Positions 14,929 to 30,060 of a stretch of DNA of 64,000 bases are shown here, piece after piece. Below the pieces are notes generated by a model. It made no database searches. It was given only the letters and a program-made list of their open reading frames with translations, and was not told the origin of the DNA. Each line of letters begins with the position of its first letter. The first letter of the stretch is position 1. The position numbers and the translations under genes were made by a program. Location of the stretch: the NCBI RefSeq assembly GCF_009914755.1, contig NC_060933.1. One strand, written 5' to 3'. The DNA is from the human T2T-CHM13v2.0 reference genome, Homo sapiens.

Positions 14929-15987
14929 TAAATGAATCTTAAATTCTACATTGAGTCTATGTATAACAGAGGTTTTTTGCTGTATACAAAACAAAAAGTA
15001 AAACCCAAAGTCATTACCCCCAGGAGGCTGGGATCTGGGTGCCCAGGAAAGAAGAGCTGGGTCTTGGAAGAACACTATCCCTTCTGTTTCTATCCATGAA
15101 ATAAAAGGAGATGCCCCTTTCTGTCTGCAGTTGTCATCTGGCAGATTTTTGAGAAACAACTTATTTAGGGGGTTCCACACTCGATTCAAATCCAGATGCC
15201 CAGTGCAGAATCTGGGCTGTGCCTGGTCAAAGGCAGTGGTGATTTCACTGCAGAATGGAGGGAAGCATACCGGGGCTCAGAAGGCCAGGAAGACCATCAC
15301 CTGCCTGGTGCAGGGACGTCAACTGCAAAAGAAGGGCCCGTTGTCTGCACCAGGATTTATGTGAGTGAGCAGCCAAGGTGCTCCGGGTGGCTGCCAGCTC
15401 TGAGCCCCGCTGCTCTCCGGTCACTGGGAAACCCATCAGAAACCTGGCCATTCTCCCAGATGCCGCCATTCTCCCAGGCTGAAAGAAAGGACATCCATCT
15501 TCTCAGGCATGAAGGCAAGGGCTCTGTGCTCCCATCTCAGTGCTGCACGCAGTCAGGGTAGGGATAGGAGGGGGGTCCGGCTGACGTTCCCCAGAGGGTT
15601 CACCTCGGTCCCTCTTGTCTGATGCCACCAGCACCTGTGCAGGCTTTGAAGGACACCTGTATTGCTCTGGTTTGTAAATGTGGATGTCGGAGGAAACTGT
15701 AAATGTAGGTGGAAGACACAAACGCATTGCAAGTGGCTGGAGGACCTTCCAGGCATCCCTTGAGAAGAGCCAAGGAGCCCACTTGCCTAAAGCTTCCTTC
15801 TCAATGCCCATCAGAGTGCCTGAACTCTTGCTTTTACAGCTTCTTAAATTTGCAAAGGAGGCTGGTGTGGAATGACCTGTGATAGTGGTGCTTAGACATT
15901 CAGGGAAAGCTTCCTGGGAGAGGCGGTCTTTGACAAACAAGCAAGAGCATTATGAGCAAAAGGACAGCAAGTGAGATGTAGAGGCCT

Positions 15988-17165
15988 CGGGCTGCTTGTG
16001 GGGAGCCAGCTGCAGCAGGAAGGCACGGCTGGGGCTGCACACTCCATGAAGCTGGTGGGAGCCCTACCCCTTCTGAGTTTGGGTGGGAATTCCCTGGGTG
16101 CTGCTGCAGCTGCCCAAGCTGCAGCTGGGGACAGGGGCCCCACCCTCCTGGATGGGACTACAGCCACCCAAACTGTGGCTGTGGACCCGAGCCTCTCTGT
16201 GCTCTTGGAGGGAGCCAGGAGCAGGCAGGATCTGCCCTCCTGGATGAAGCTGCAACCACCTGACCCATGGCTGTAGACCTGGGCCACCCACTCCATGGAG
16301 CAGGCAGGAGCCCTGCCCCTTCTGAGATGGCTAGGGGAGAGCTCCCTGGGTACAGTTGCTATTGCCCTCCCAGGCACAGGACCTTGGCGTCTCTGTAGCC
16401 TGCACCCTTGGGGGCCTGGGAAGGACTCCCCATCTCCTCTACCACACCCCCCATCCCTGCAGGCTCGGGGGTGTCTGATCCTACTGCCTGTCCAATCCCA
16501 CTGCCTGTCCTCTCTCCTCTCCCAACACCTGCTCAGATCTCCAAGTGGGATTGGTGCTGAGCCTGGGGCCATGAATGGCAGCAGGAGGCAGACAGATTCC
16601 TGAGCAGAAGGGGGCGGGTCCCAGTAAGGCCCCTTCTTCAGGCCAGGGAATGCCTGAAGGCTAGGGGCTGGGCCACTAGTCCCGCTGACCAGAGTGGAGA
16701 TTCATGGTGCCTCTTCCGAGCCCGCCCCTGGCTGCCCATGGACCAACTGGCAGGCACTTCCTCTCCTCTGAGGGCCATGAAAGCCTGGTGCTCAGCCAGG
16801 GTAGAGGATGGCCAGAGACAGAATATGGCAGGGAGAGGTTAGAATGGTCAGCCAAAGAGAGGAGCTACCCTCTCCACTGATAGCTTCAGAGATCTGCAGA
16901 GAGAGTGGGGCAACCTGCCAGACAGAGAGGAGCTACCCTCTCCAGGGACTCCTCTCTGCTGAAACCTGAACACTCGACAGAATGACCTGCCTGCCTACAG
17001 AGGGGAGCTGTCCACTGTGGGTCTCCTCTAAGCTGTTCTAACACTCAATAAACTCCTTTTCATCATCTTCACCCTTCACCTGTCTGCATACCTCAGTTAC
17101 CTCATTGTACCTCAGTTACCTCTTTCTTCCTGGATGTAGGAACACTGGACAAGATAGGCAACAGG
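15988..17165 (+). mobile_element. MER52-type ERV1 LTR
   Basis: ggctggggctgcacactccatgaagctggtgggagccc, repeated gaggagctaccctctcc, and aacactcaataaa...cacctgtctgcatacctc 3' end. Confidence 0.8.
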
Positions 17166-17419
17166 TTAAGCTTGCTCTAGAAAGGTCACTGTGGCCAGAG
17201 GTTAGGAGATGGGTTGAGGAGGTGGGAGAGTGGAGCAGCAAACCAGTGAGGAACCCAGGAGAAGCTGAGCCAGGGCAGTGAGTCTGGAAGCATCTGTGAT
17301 GTGCAGTGAAGGACTCCTTTTGCTTCTAATCCTTCTTAGACTGAAACTTTCGGAAAATAAATAACCAGACAAACACAATTTTAAAAGACATACAAAATAC
17401 AAGTCCCATTTTTCTTCAA

Positions 17420-18446
<1,027 letters not shown>

Positions 18447-18869
18447 CCATTTTTTTTAATTATTAGACTCAAAAGGTATAAAGTTACCCTGCCAAATTTC
18501 TGTAGTAGTTTAAAATGCTTACTCTCACCTTCTACACTTACCTCACTGCAGACCAACAACAAACACTTCTGGAGCTGGCCAGCCCTTAGGTAGCATGGCC
18601 TGGCAGTGCCCGTCCCTGTGCGTGGAGAGGAAAAGCAGTCGGAGCTGCTATTGTCAACTGCACACATTGATTGTGTGATCAACACAGCAGCCCCAGGAGG
18701 TAGCTGTGGTATGATCTCCAGCCAACAGATGAGGAAACAGTAGCCCAGAGAGGCCGGGGGCCTTGCCTGAGTCAGCAGGAAGGAGGGTGACAGAGGCAAC
18801 AGTGAATCCCATGTATGGCCTCTGCCTATTTTTGTTATTATTGTCTTGTTTTATTTTCCAAGATAAATT

Positions 18870-19480
18870 AACTGATTGGTCATATCTGGGGGAAGATAGA
18901 AGGCCCTGAGGTTCTGGCCTGAGTAACCAGGTGGAGAGAGATGCTGTCCACCAAAGCAGGAAATACAGTCGGGGAGGGCATGGAGCCAGGCACATGTCGA
19001 GGTAGAAGTTCAAGTGATGTCCAAGTGGGAGCAGGGCCAGGGAATAGCTTCTGAGCACCTAAACGAGGACTGCGCCAGGACAGCAGGTGAGGAATGCTGG
19101 GGCAAGGATGAAGGATGAGTTTGGTGAGATCCCACAGAGAGATCAATAACATTCTAGAAAGAAGCAGAGGAATGAGGTGGCAGGGAGAAGGAGGAGCCAG
19201 AGGAGATGGGAAGAGATGGAGAGAGAGAAAGTATCAAAAGGAAAGAGGTATCAACAGGTGTCCAGGGTGGCGCAGGGGCCACAAAGAACAGGTGATCTAG
19301 TATCTATGGATTTGGCCATGTGGTGGCCCTTGACGGCTGGAATAAGGGCAGAGCAGCTGGTATCATGGAAGCCAGGAAGGTAGAGGCTGGATTGGCATGC
19401 GTGGGTAGGTGGGTGGTGGTGGGAAGTGGGGAAGAGAGCAGACCACTCTTTCTAGAAGTTCTGCTGCAGAGTCAGGAGAC
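18870..19480 (-). mobile_element. L2 fragment
   Basis: gaggttctggcctgagtaaccaggtgga...tggatttggccatgtggtggcccttg...gaccactctttctagaagtt. Confidence 0.6.
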
Positions 19481-20099
19481 CGTCCCTGAAGGGCGGGTGT
19501 GAAGTTCTTGTGTGGAGGAGGGATGTTGGGCCAATGATGGATTATTATTTTGTTTTAGCTTTTTTAAAAAAAATACCTGGAGCAAAGTTGCATTTGTTTG
19601 TATCAGGCAGGGGAGGCAGGAAGGCAGAGCCAGTGGAAAGGTGAAAGACTGGGAGGAATCTGTGATGATTGCTGGAAGGATGTAGAATGATCAAGCCCGA
19701 ATAAAAGGAGAGAAGCCCCTCTTCCCCCGAAGTATGTGGGAAGACAGTCTACACTGCAGAGTCGTATGTGAGGAAGCACATTGCCGCTGAGCAGGGCAGG
19801 GAGTGGTGTCTGGGCACTGGGAGAGAGGCAGGCTTTTGGAACAGCAGTAGGAGTCACCTGGGCCTGAAGAAGGCCAGAAGCAGAAGGAGCCCAGCGGGGC
19901 CAGAAAGCACACATTGGCATGAACACATGGCCATCTGGGATTGGTCTCCCTCAGGGCTTAGCTGCCCTGCCCAGGGGCAGAAGCAGAGGTGTGGATGGTG
20001 ACTTTGTTCGAGTGAAGGCTTCGCAAGGCAGCTCTGGCTACAGTCAAGGGGCAGGAAAGAAGGGTGACTGCTGTCATGTGGGAGAAGAATGAAGTGAAC

Positions 20100-20586
20100 T
20101 GTGGTGGTTTTAAAATGTGTCTGCAGATTCTTTGATCTTACTCTTTTCAAAAGGTGGAGTCTAATTCCCCTCATACCGAATGGGGGCTGGACTTAACGAT
20201 TTGCTTTTAATGAACAAAATGTAGCAGCAGTAACAATGTGTGACTTCTGATTCCAGGTCACAAAGCTCCTTCTCAAACTTGTTCTGGAGGAAGCCAGCAG
20301 CCATGTCATAAGGAAGCTCAAGCAGCCATATGGAGAGCCCACATGGGAAGGGACAGAGGCCTCCTGCCCACAGCCGTGGAGATGAACCACCTTGGAGACA
20401 GCTCCCCCAGCCCCAACACACGCAGATGATCATGGTCCTGGCTGACATCTTCACTGCAACCTCACGAGAGACCCAAGCCACAACTTCCCAGCTGAGCCCA
20501 CAGATGTGGTATGAGATGATGTGCTTGTCGGCTTAAGCTGTTATGGCTTTGGGGTGATTCGTTAGCAGCACTGGATAACTCCTGCA
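20100..20586 (+). mobile_element. MLT1F-type MaLR LTR
   Basis: tgtggtggttttaaaatgtgtc...aggtggagtctaattcccct...gaagccagcagccatgtc...ttggggtgattcgttagcagca. Confidence 0.8.
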
Positions 20587-21277
20587 CTGCCTAAGTGTGA
20601 AGGCAAAGAATGTGGAGCATGGGGTGGGTCCCAAGTGAAGGTTGGGCAGGCGAGCCCCAGCCAGAGGTGCAAGGGGCCATGTGGTGGAGTGATTAGTGGC
20701 TTGAGAAGAAAAGATTGAATGGGGCCAGAGGAAATGGAGGAATCATAGCACTGGAGGTCCCCATGAAAGTAAAGATGAGGGCTGAGGCGTAGAGAAGAGA
20801 GTGGAGTTTCCTGTTTGAGAGAACGTTTCTGGGTGGATGTGGCTCAAGGTGTGGCAAAGTTTGGGGAGGGGGAGGGTCAGTAGAGTCGTGACCCCTGGAC
20901 AGTGAAGCCAGCCAGGGTAGCCAGGGTGGCAGTGGGACTTGGCTTGGGGAGAAAGACACACCTTCCAGTGCCTAAGGCCTCAACTTACGGGGGAGTGGTG
21001 GGGACTAGAGATTACAGGTGGTGAAGGTGGCCTCTTGGGGTGGCTTGACCCTGCAGGGAGGTTTTCCCAAAGACAGGAGGCACAGCTGCCTGTAAACACC
21101 CAAGAGAAGACTCTGAAGGCCAGCTCCACTCCTTCTGGCTGCAGAAGACAGGGAGTGAGAAGGGTCTCTGTCCCCCAGGGCTGCACAGAGGATGGTGTGG
21201 CCAAGACAGAGCAGGCTACAGTGGACAGGCAAGCGGCAGGGCTGGTGCTGAGTCACTCCACAGTGTCGAATCTACTA

Positions 21278-21463
<186 letters not shown>

Positions 21464-22224
21464 CTAGAGGAGAAACAGAGAGCAAAGGTAGAGAAGCCCT
21501 CAGAGAAACTGGGTCTCCAAGAAACACAGTCCTGCCCCCGCCCAAGCACCCCCACAATAGCTCTTTATTCCCTGGGGACCTCCCAGCTGTGATGGCCGCC
21601 AGCCTCTGCACTCTTCCTGCTCATGTCCTTGTCCCCTTTTTCTGGGCGTCACGTCCTCCCTGGGCACGACTCTCCCACTGGAAGTCTCTGCTGCTGTGGT
21701 CACGAGACGTGACCTGGAGTCACTGCTTTCTCTGGGTCTAGCTTGTTGGCTAGATCCTCTCTGCCCTTAGGTGAGTCTTCTCAGGAGGCCCACGGTTCTT
21801 CGTGTGAACCAATTCTCATGAAGGCCTGGCCTCTGATTCCAGGCAAGTCTGAATCTAAACTGGCAGAGCTCATAGCCAGGCGCTGGTGCCCTCGGAGCTC
21901 TGCATATCTCCCCCGAAATCCTGGGATCTGTCCCTATGTGCTTAACCCCACTAAGGTTCCTAAGTCCAGGCCTATCCACAAGGCCAAGGGCTTTCACAAG
22001 GACAATGGTGACTCCTGGGTGGTCCCTGCCCCCTGCCATGACTCTTATGTCCGTATGCGTGGCCCATGGCCACACCTCATGGGGAGATGACAGGAGCAAC
22101 GGCATCTGCAGAGACACTACTCCATAACAAAGCCAGAAAGAAACGCCTTCTGCAAAACACTCTAGAAGTGAAAGGAGAGGCGAGGCGTGCCCTCGGCCAT
22201 CAGTTTTATCCCTTTGCTTTTGTA

Positions 22225-22560
22225 GTTGTTTAATGTTGAGACAAGTCAACTTGAAGCTGTATAATAAATGAATTCCAGCTTGAGCCTTGGCAGGGTTTGT
22301 TTGTCTTGAGGGAAGTTGTTTATGCTAATGGGCCCCCTCTGCAGAGCTGGATTTATATTATACAGAGTCTTGTCCATCATCTGGATGCCGCTGTAAACAA
22401 GATAATCTTTGTCTACCAAGAACGAGCCCGATGCCAATAACTTTAAATAAACATGAGCCCCAGGTTTGTATTTACATTGTCTGAGGTAACCGCTGGCGAG
22501 TTTGTCATGGCGCCGTCGGCCCCTCCCTGGCTAAGGTAGCTTCGGCTTTCCCACTGACCT
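22225..22560. promoter_or_regulatory. Candidate conserved enhancer with a forkhead motif cluster
   Basis: At least 5 forkhead cores plus GATA, SOX and POU-like sites in unique sequence with retained CpGs. Confidence 0.5.
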
Positions 22561-23464
22561 TGTTTTTAGAGGCCTCACTCCGGGAAAGGATCTCATATTT
22601 AGCAGATGAGCGCTACACCCCGGGCTGGGCTGCATTCTTTTGCATGGTTTTGGCATTTTGTAGTTCTGTCAAGTTAGCATAGCTTCCTTTTGTACTGGAT
22701 AGAGCAGGACATGGGTCCGGGGCAGGAGCTCAGACATGGAAATGACATCATAGACCTGAGCTCTCAATTCCCTCGATGGCCAGGCTGCAGGTGCCAGTGG
22801 GCTCCAAGGATTCTATTATTAATAGGGCTATGACTTAGCTCTATAGAAGCCATCAGGGTTGAATTGCATTCCATGTGGAAAATAAATAGAATTTTGCAGA
22901 AGTCTGAGTGTCTGTTGCAACTCGAAACTGAGGACCAAGCAACCACAGAAACATACAACTCTTCCAATAGTGATAAATGGTCTCCATGGAGGACTGGGGA
23001 GAAAAGCCATGCCCCCCGGCTCCACCACTACTCTCCCCTGCAAAGAAAGCAGAAACTGGGCAGGGTGTAAGATGCACATTCCCATCCCTGGGCAGAAACA
23101 CACTGAAAATATCTTTATAATAGCAACTATTTGGTTACGATTCCAGGCTTCAAGTGCAGAACATGGGAAACTCATTTCTAAGAGCAAATGGGCTGCTTAT
23201 GAGGATCATTCTCATGAGGGGTGGTGTTGGGGAATGCTCCATGAGGAGAAATCTAATCAGAGGGAGGTCTCTGATGACCCTTGTTTGAGACTGTCAGAGC
23301 TTTGAAAGTTTCTCAGATGTGATTTATAAACCCTCTAATTGAGTTGAACAAATACTAGTTTCATAATCAGAGCATCCGATACCACTTCATAACTGCAAAC
23401 TTTATGGTGTTTGGGCTAATTCTGTGCAAAATAATCGCACTATTAGACCAACTGGGAGGGTCAT

Positions 23465-23680
23465 AAAGGGTGGCAGTAAAGACTGTAGGACCTGGAGCCA
23501 CACTGGGTAGGGACGAGGATGGCTTTGCCTCTTTCTGTTTGAGTGAGACCTCAGGCAAGTCTTTTAATCCATCTGTAACTCAGTTTCCTCTTCCGTATGA
23601 TAATAATAGTACTTAGCTCATATGGCTGTGGAGAGGATTGAATTAACTTTGGTGTGGCACATTGCAAGTGATTATTGTGC
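23465..23680 (+). mobile_element. MIR
   Basis: gacctcaggcaagtcttttaatccatctgtaactcagtttcctc...ataataatagtac core. Confidence 0.7.
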
Positions 23681-24329
23681 TTCTTTGATGGCCCCTTCTT
23701 GTCCAGTACGATGTGAACTCATAGCAGACATTCAAAATAGAGACCTAATAGAATAGCTGGGTCAGTGCAGGCTCAGTTGCAGAGAACAGAATTCACTCTA
23801 GCTAGTTTACATGAGTTGGGCTTAATTAGGCAAAATGACTGATAGAACTGATGGGAAGGCTAAAAAAACCAACTTGAGGTTGAGCTTTCAGGGATGATTC
23901 CCAAACCCATTCAGTAGAAGCAAGCCACCAAGAAGCAGCTGTCTCTTCTGTAATCAAGAAACAGCCACGGCTGCTGCAGGCTCCAGAAATCACATGACCC
24001 AGCTAAACAGAGGCCCTCATGCCTTCTAGATAGATATCCATGAACTTGCCAAAAAACTGCAGACACTGACCCCACCCCACTCTTACCTTCTAAATCTGTC
24101 GCAAATATAACTGAGTGGCTAATTCCAACTCACACACAAAAGCTCAGGTACAAAAATGTTTGGTGAAGTTGCTGAGCATTCCAGCCCCTGCGTATCAGGG
24201 AGATAAGCCAGAAGGTAGGTGAGACGCAGGCTGAGCCCCAGCTGCCATGCCACCACAGTGGTCAGGAAGCAAATGCCTACAGACAGGGAGACCAGAACAG
24301 GCCTTTCTCTTCCTATCCTCAACATCTAA

Positions 24330-24683
<354 letters not shown>

Positions 24684-25019
24684 AATGTTGTGTTCTTTTA
24701 GACTCGTACTGCAGAGAGTACTAGCAGATTCCAGAAATTTCTAGAGATGAAAAATGGAAAATACTAGCAGAGACACAGTAGATATTGCTGGACATCTACA
24801 AATATTGAAGGAGGGTGGCATTTTTTTTAATGATTAAAAACCCCGAGAAGTCTTTTGTTATTCAACCAATGTCAGTTTTTGTTCAATTAAGATCACTTTA
24901 GTTTAGCAAACTAAAGTTTGCTGTTATTTCCCCCAGTTTGGAGAAATTTAAGAAGTCAGAAGCAAACATGACAGTGAGAAATCTGATCTGAAATTGTCTG
25001 GGCAATTCCGCAAGTTCAT

Positions 25020-27555
<2,536 letters not shown>

Positions 27556-28310
27556 TGGTATGGTAAAATATATATGTGATCTTCAACCAGGTTCCCTGGC
27601 AGACAACTCCTAACATCCTTAGACTCTCCGAAGTGCTGTCTTTTCTATGCTAATGAATGGGCTGATGGCTGGCAGCCCCTAGGTAGCTTCAGGATGGAGC
27701 TGGTGAAAGACCAAGGCAGGATTAGAGGGAGGGCAGAGGGGCTGAAGGTTAAGCTGACCACCAGTGGCCAATGGTTTAATCAATCCTGCCTACATAATGA
27801 AGCTTCCATAAAAATCCAAAAGGACAGGGTTTGAAGAGCTTCTGGACAGCTGAACACGAAGGGGTTCCTGGAGGATGGCTGCCCTGTGGGAGGGCACGGA
27901 AGCTCCGCGCCTCTTCCCCACACCTCATCCTATGCGTTTCTCCATTTGTATCCTTAGCAATATCTTTATCAGGAACTGGTAAATTTAAGCGTCTCCCTGA
28001 GTTCTATGATCCTCTCTAGCAAAATAATCAAACCCATGGAGGACATGGTGGGAACCTCGATTTATAGGTGGCTGGTCAGAAAGACAGGGTAGGCAATCAG
28101 GGGCTTGCGATCCACCTCGGAAATGGAGGGCAGTTTTGTGGGACTGAGCCCTCGACCTGTGGGATCCACCGCTGTCTCTAGGTAGATAGTGTTGGAATTG
28201 AATTGAATTAAAGGACGCCCCGCCATGCTGCAGAATTGACTGCTTGCTGGTCACAGAAGTCATCTGTGTCAGTTTCTCTGGGGTGAGAGCAAAGGAAAAA
28301 CAGTTTGTTT
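27556..28310 (+). mobile_element. MER21B-type LTR (3' LTR of the provirus relic)
   Basis: gtcttttctatgctaatga...ccaatggtttaatcaatcctgcctacataatgaagc...gtgggactgagccctcgacctgtgggatc...gtagatagtgttggaattgaatt. Confidence 0.8.
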
Positions 28311-29239
28311 TTACCTCAAGGAGGATTAAGGAGCAGCTCTGGGGTTGGAAGAGGACTGAGCTGATCATGGGTGGTGGTGCCCGCAACAGAGGCGGCAGGC
28401 GGCCTCTCAGCCCAAGAAGGGGATGGGTGGAGGGAAAACCTTTGTGTCGTCCCTTGTTCCTTCTTTGTGATTTCTGCTGTGGGCTGGAGAAGCCGGGGCG
28501 GTCACAGACTCTGAGGTGGCTTCGGGAAACCCCCGGGAAAGCTCAGGAGAAAGAACGCTTTCTCCTGACCGGTGGCCCTGCTTGAGGTCAGAGATCTGCG
28601 TGCCCCGTTGAGACACCCTAGAGCTGGGTGGGTTCTTCATTTCAAACCAAACCAGAACTCCGGAGCGCGCCCCACTTTTTACTTGTCTTTGGCAAAAACA
28701 TCTCATTTCAAAAAGCATGCGTGTAAGAAGAAAGAAGGCACCAAGCCACTCCAGCCACTCTCCTTGAAGCACCCTGGGGCCTTCGGAAGGGACTTCAATC
28801 CCAACCCCACAGGGGCGGGGAGCGGATGGCAAGGAAAACAAGAGCCAGGACACATCGTTGCTAGCTTTGCCAGCCAGATGCAGTGCTGATGTCGGCATGG
28901 GCTGCAGATTTGGGGTAATGTTCCTTTAATAAGGAGCCCCCTACAGCATTTCAATAGGCCCTGGGGGCTGCAGGGGCTAGGCTGTGCCCCTGTCACCCTG
29001 CCCAGTCCCTGCCCTCACCCTTCCCCCTGCAAAATTTACCCTGGTTCATTGTACCTAGGAAGCACCATAAATATTTCTTGAATTTAAGTGCCTCATTCTC
29101 CCTGAATAGACGGGAGCCTACTTTGAAATAAAAGTTCAAAAAGAAAAAAGAAAGCCTCACATCTCCCAAACTTCAAACAGCGCCCAGTCAGAGGCAGTTC
29201 GCTGGGCTTGAAGTTTGTAGTCAGGGAGGGCGATGGCAA

Positions 29240-30060
29240 GGAGAGGGCAAGTAACGTGGCCCCAGTGTGTCCTCGAAGAAGCCTCCTCCTAATAACCTCA
29301 TGTTTCCCCTGTGTCCCACAGTGACGGATTTGACATAAGCAACTGCTCCATGCAGCCAGGCCGGCCAGGCTTCTCAGGCTGTGCTGGGGACGCAGGGCCC
29401 GGTGGGTGGGGGCATCTACCAGACCCGCTGAACTAGGGGCAAGTTGTGACAAAACCAGCCTTATTCTTGGGGAAAATGTGTGAGGTGTTTTTTTTTTTTT
29501 CTTTCCTCCCACACAAAGGTGATTTCAACAATTCCATTTGGCTGCAACGTTTTCTTCTCTGAGAAGCCGTGTTGAGGTGGCCCTGGCTTTTTTGTGAGCT
29601 CTCTTTAGTATGGGCTGCACACACTGTCGTAATCCATTTTTTCATCAGCTCCAGGATAACAAAGGGCCCCCTAAGCCCTGGAAACCCCCCTCTGACGCCG
29701 ATTACGGGTTTCCTGGTGTCAGTCATGGCCGGTTTGTCAGGGCCAGGGAGAGAGAGAGAGAGAGAAAAGGGAGAAGGGGAGGAAGAGAGGGAGGAGGAGG
29801 TTGGGGGGGAGAGGGGAAGGAGGGGAGGGAGGCCGCTGGAGTTCAGCCGCCTGTGTGTGTGGTCTCAGGCTAGTCCTTATTTCATGAAATACATGCTTCA
29901 TTCCTGGCTCAGGGTAAACCTGAGCCTCACTGAATGAGTCCCTTATCCACTTTCCAAAACACTGACGAGGTTTGAAAGGGCTCTGTGGGTAGACTGTGAC
30001 TATCAGCAAAAGCAAACAGGCCAGCTTATTTAGCTAAGCATTTTTAATATTTAAACATCC
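29240..30060. promoter_or_regulatory. Candidate enhancer/regulatory block in unique sequence
   Basis: Repeat-free; several TGACA/TGTCA and AACAAAG/AACAAT sites; flanked by CpG-retaining GC-rich DNA (28.4-28.7 kb and 30.1-31.15 kb). Confidence 0.4.
29745..29832 (+). repeat. Polypurine GA/G-run tract
   Basis: (GA)n followed by GGGA/GGGGA runs, with only two pyrimidines. Confidence 0.9.

Noticed and set aside
15447-15477. 13-bp direct repeat gccattctcccag (also tacctcagttacctc twice near 17089-17122)
   Set aside because: Ordinary slippage micro-duplications
15892-16603. 226-aa and neighbouring ORFs
   Set aside because: They lie within the GC-rich MER52 LTR
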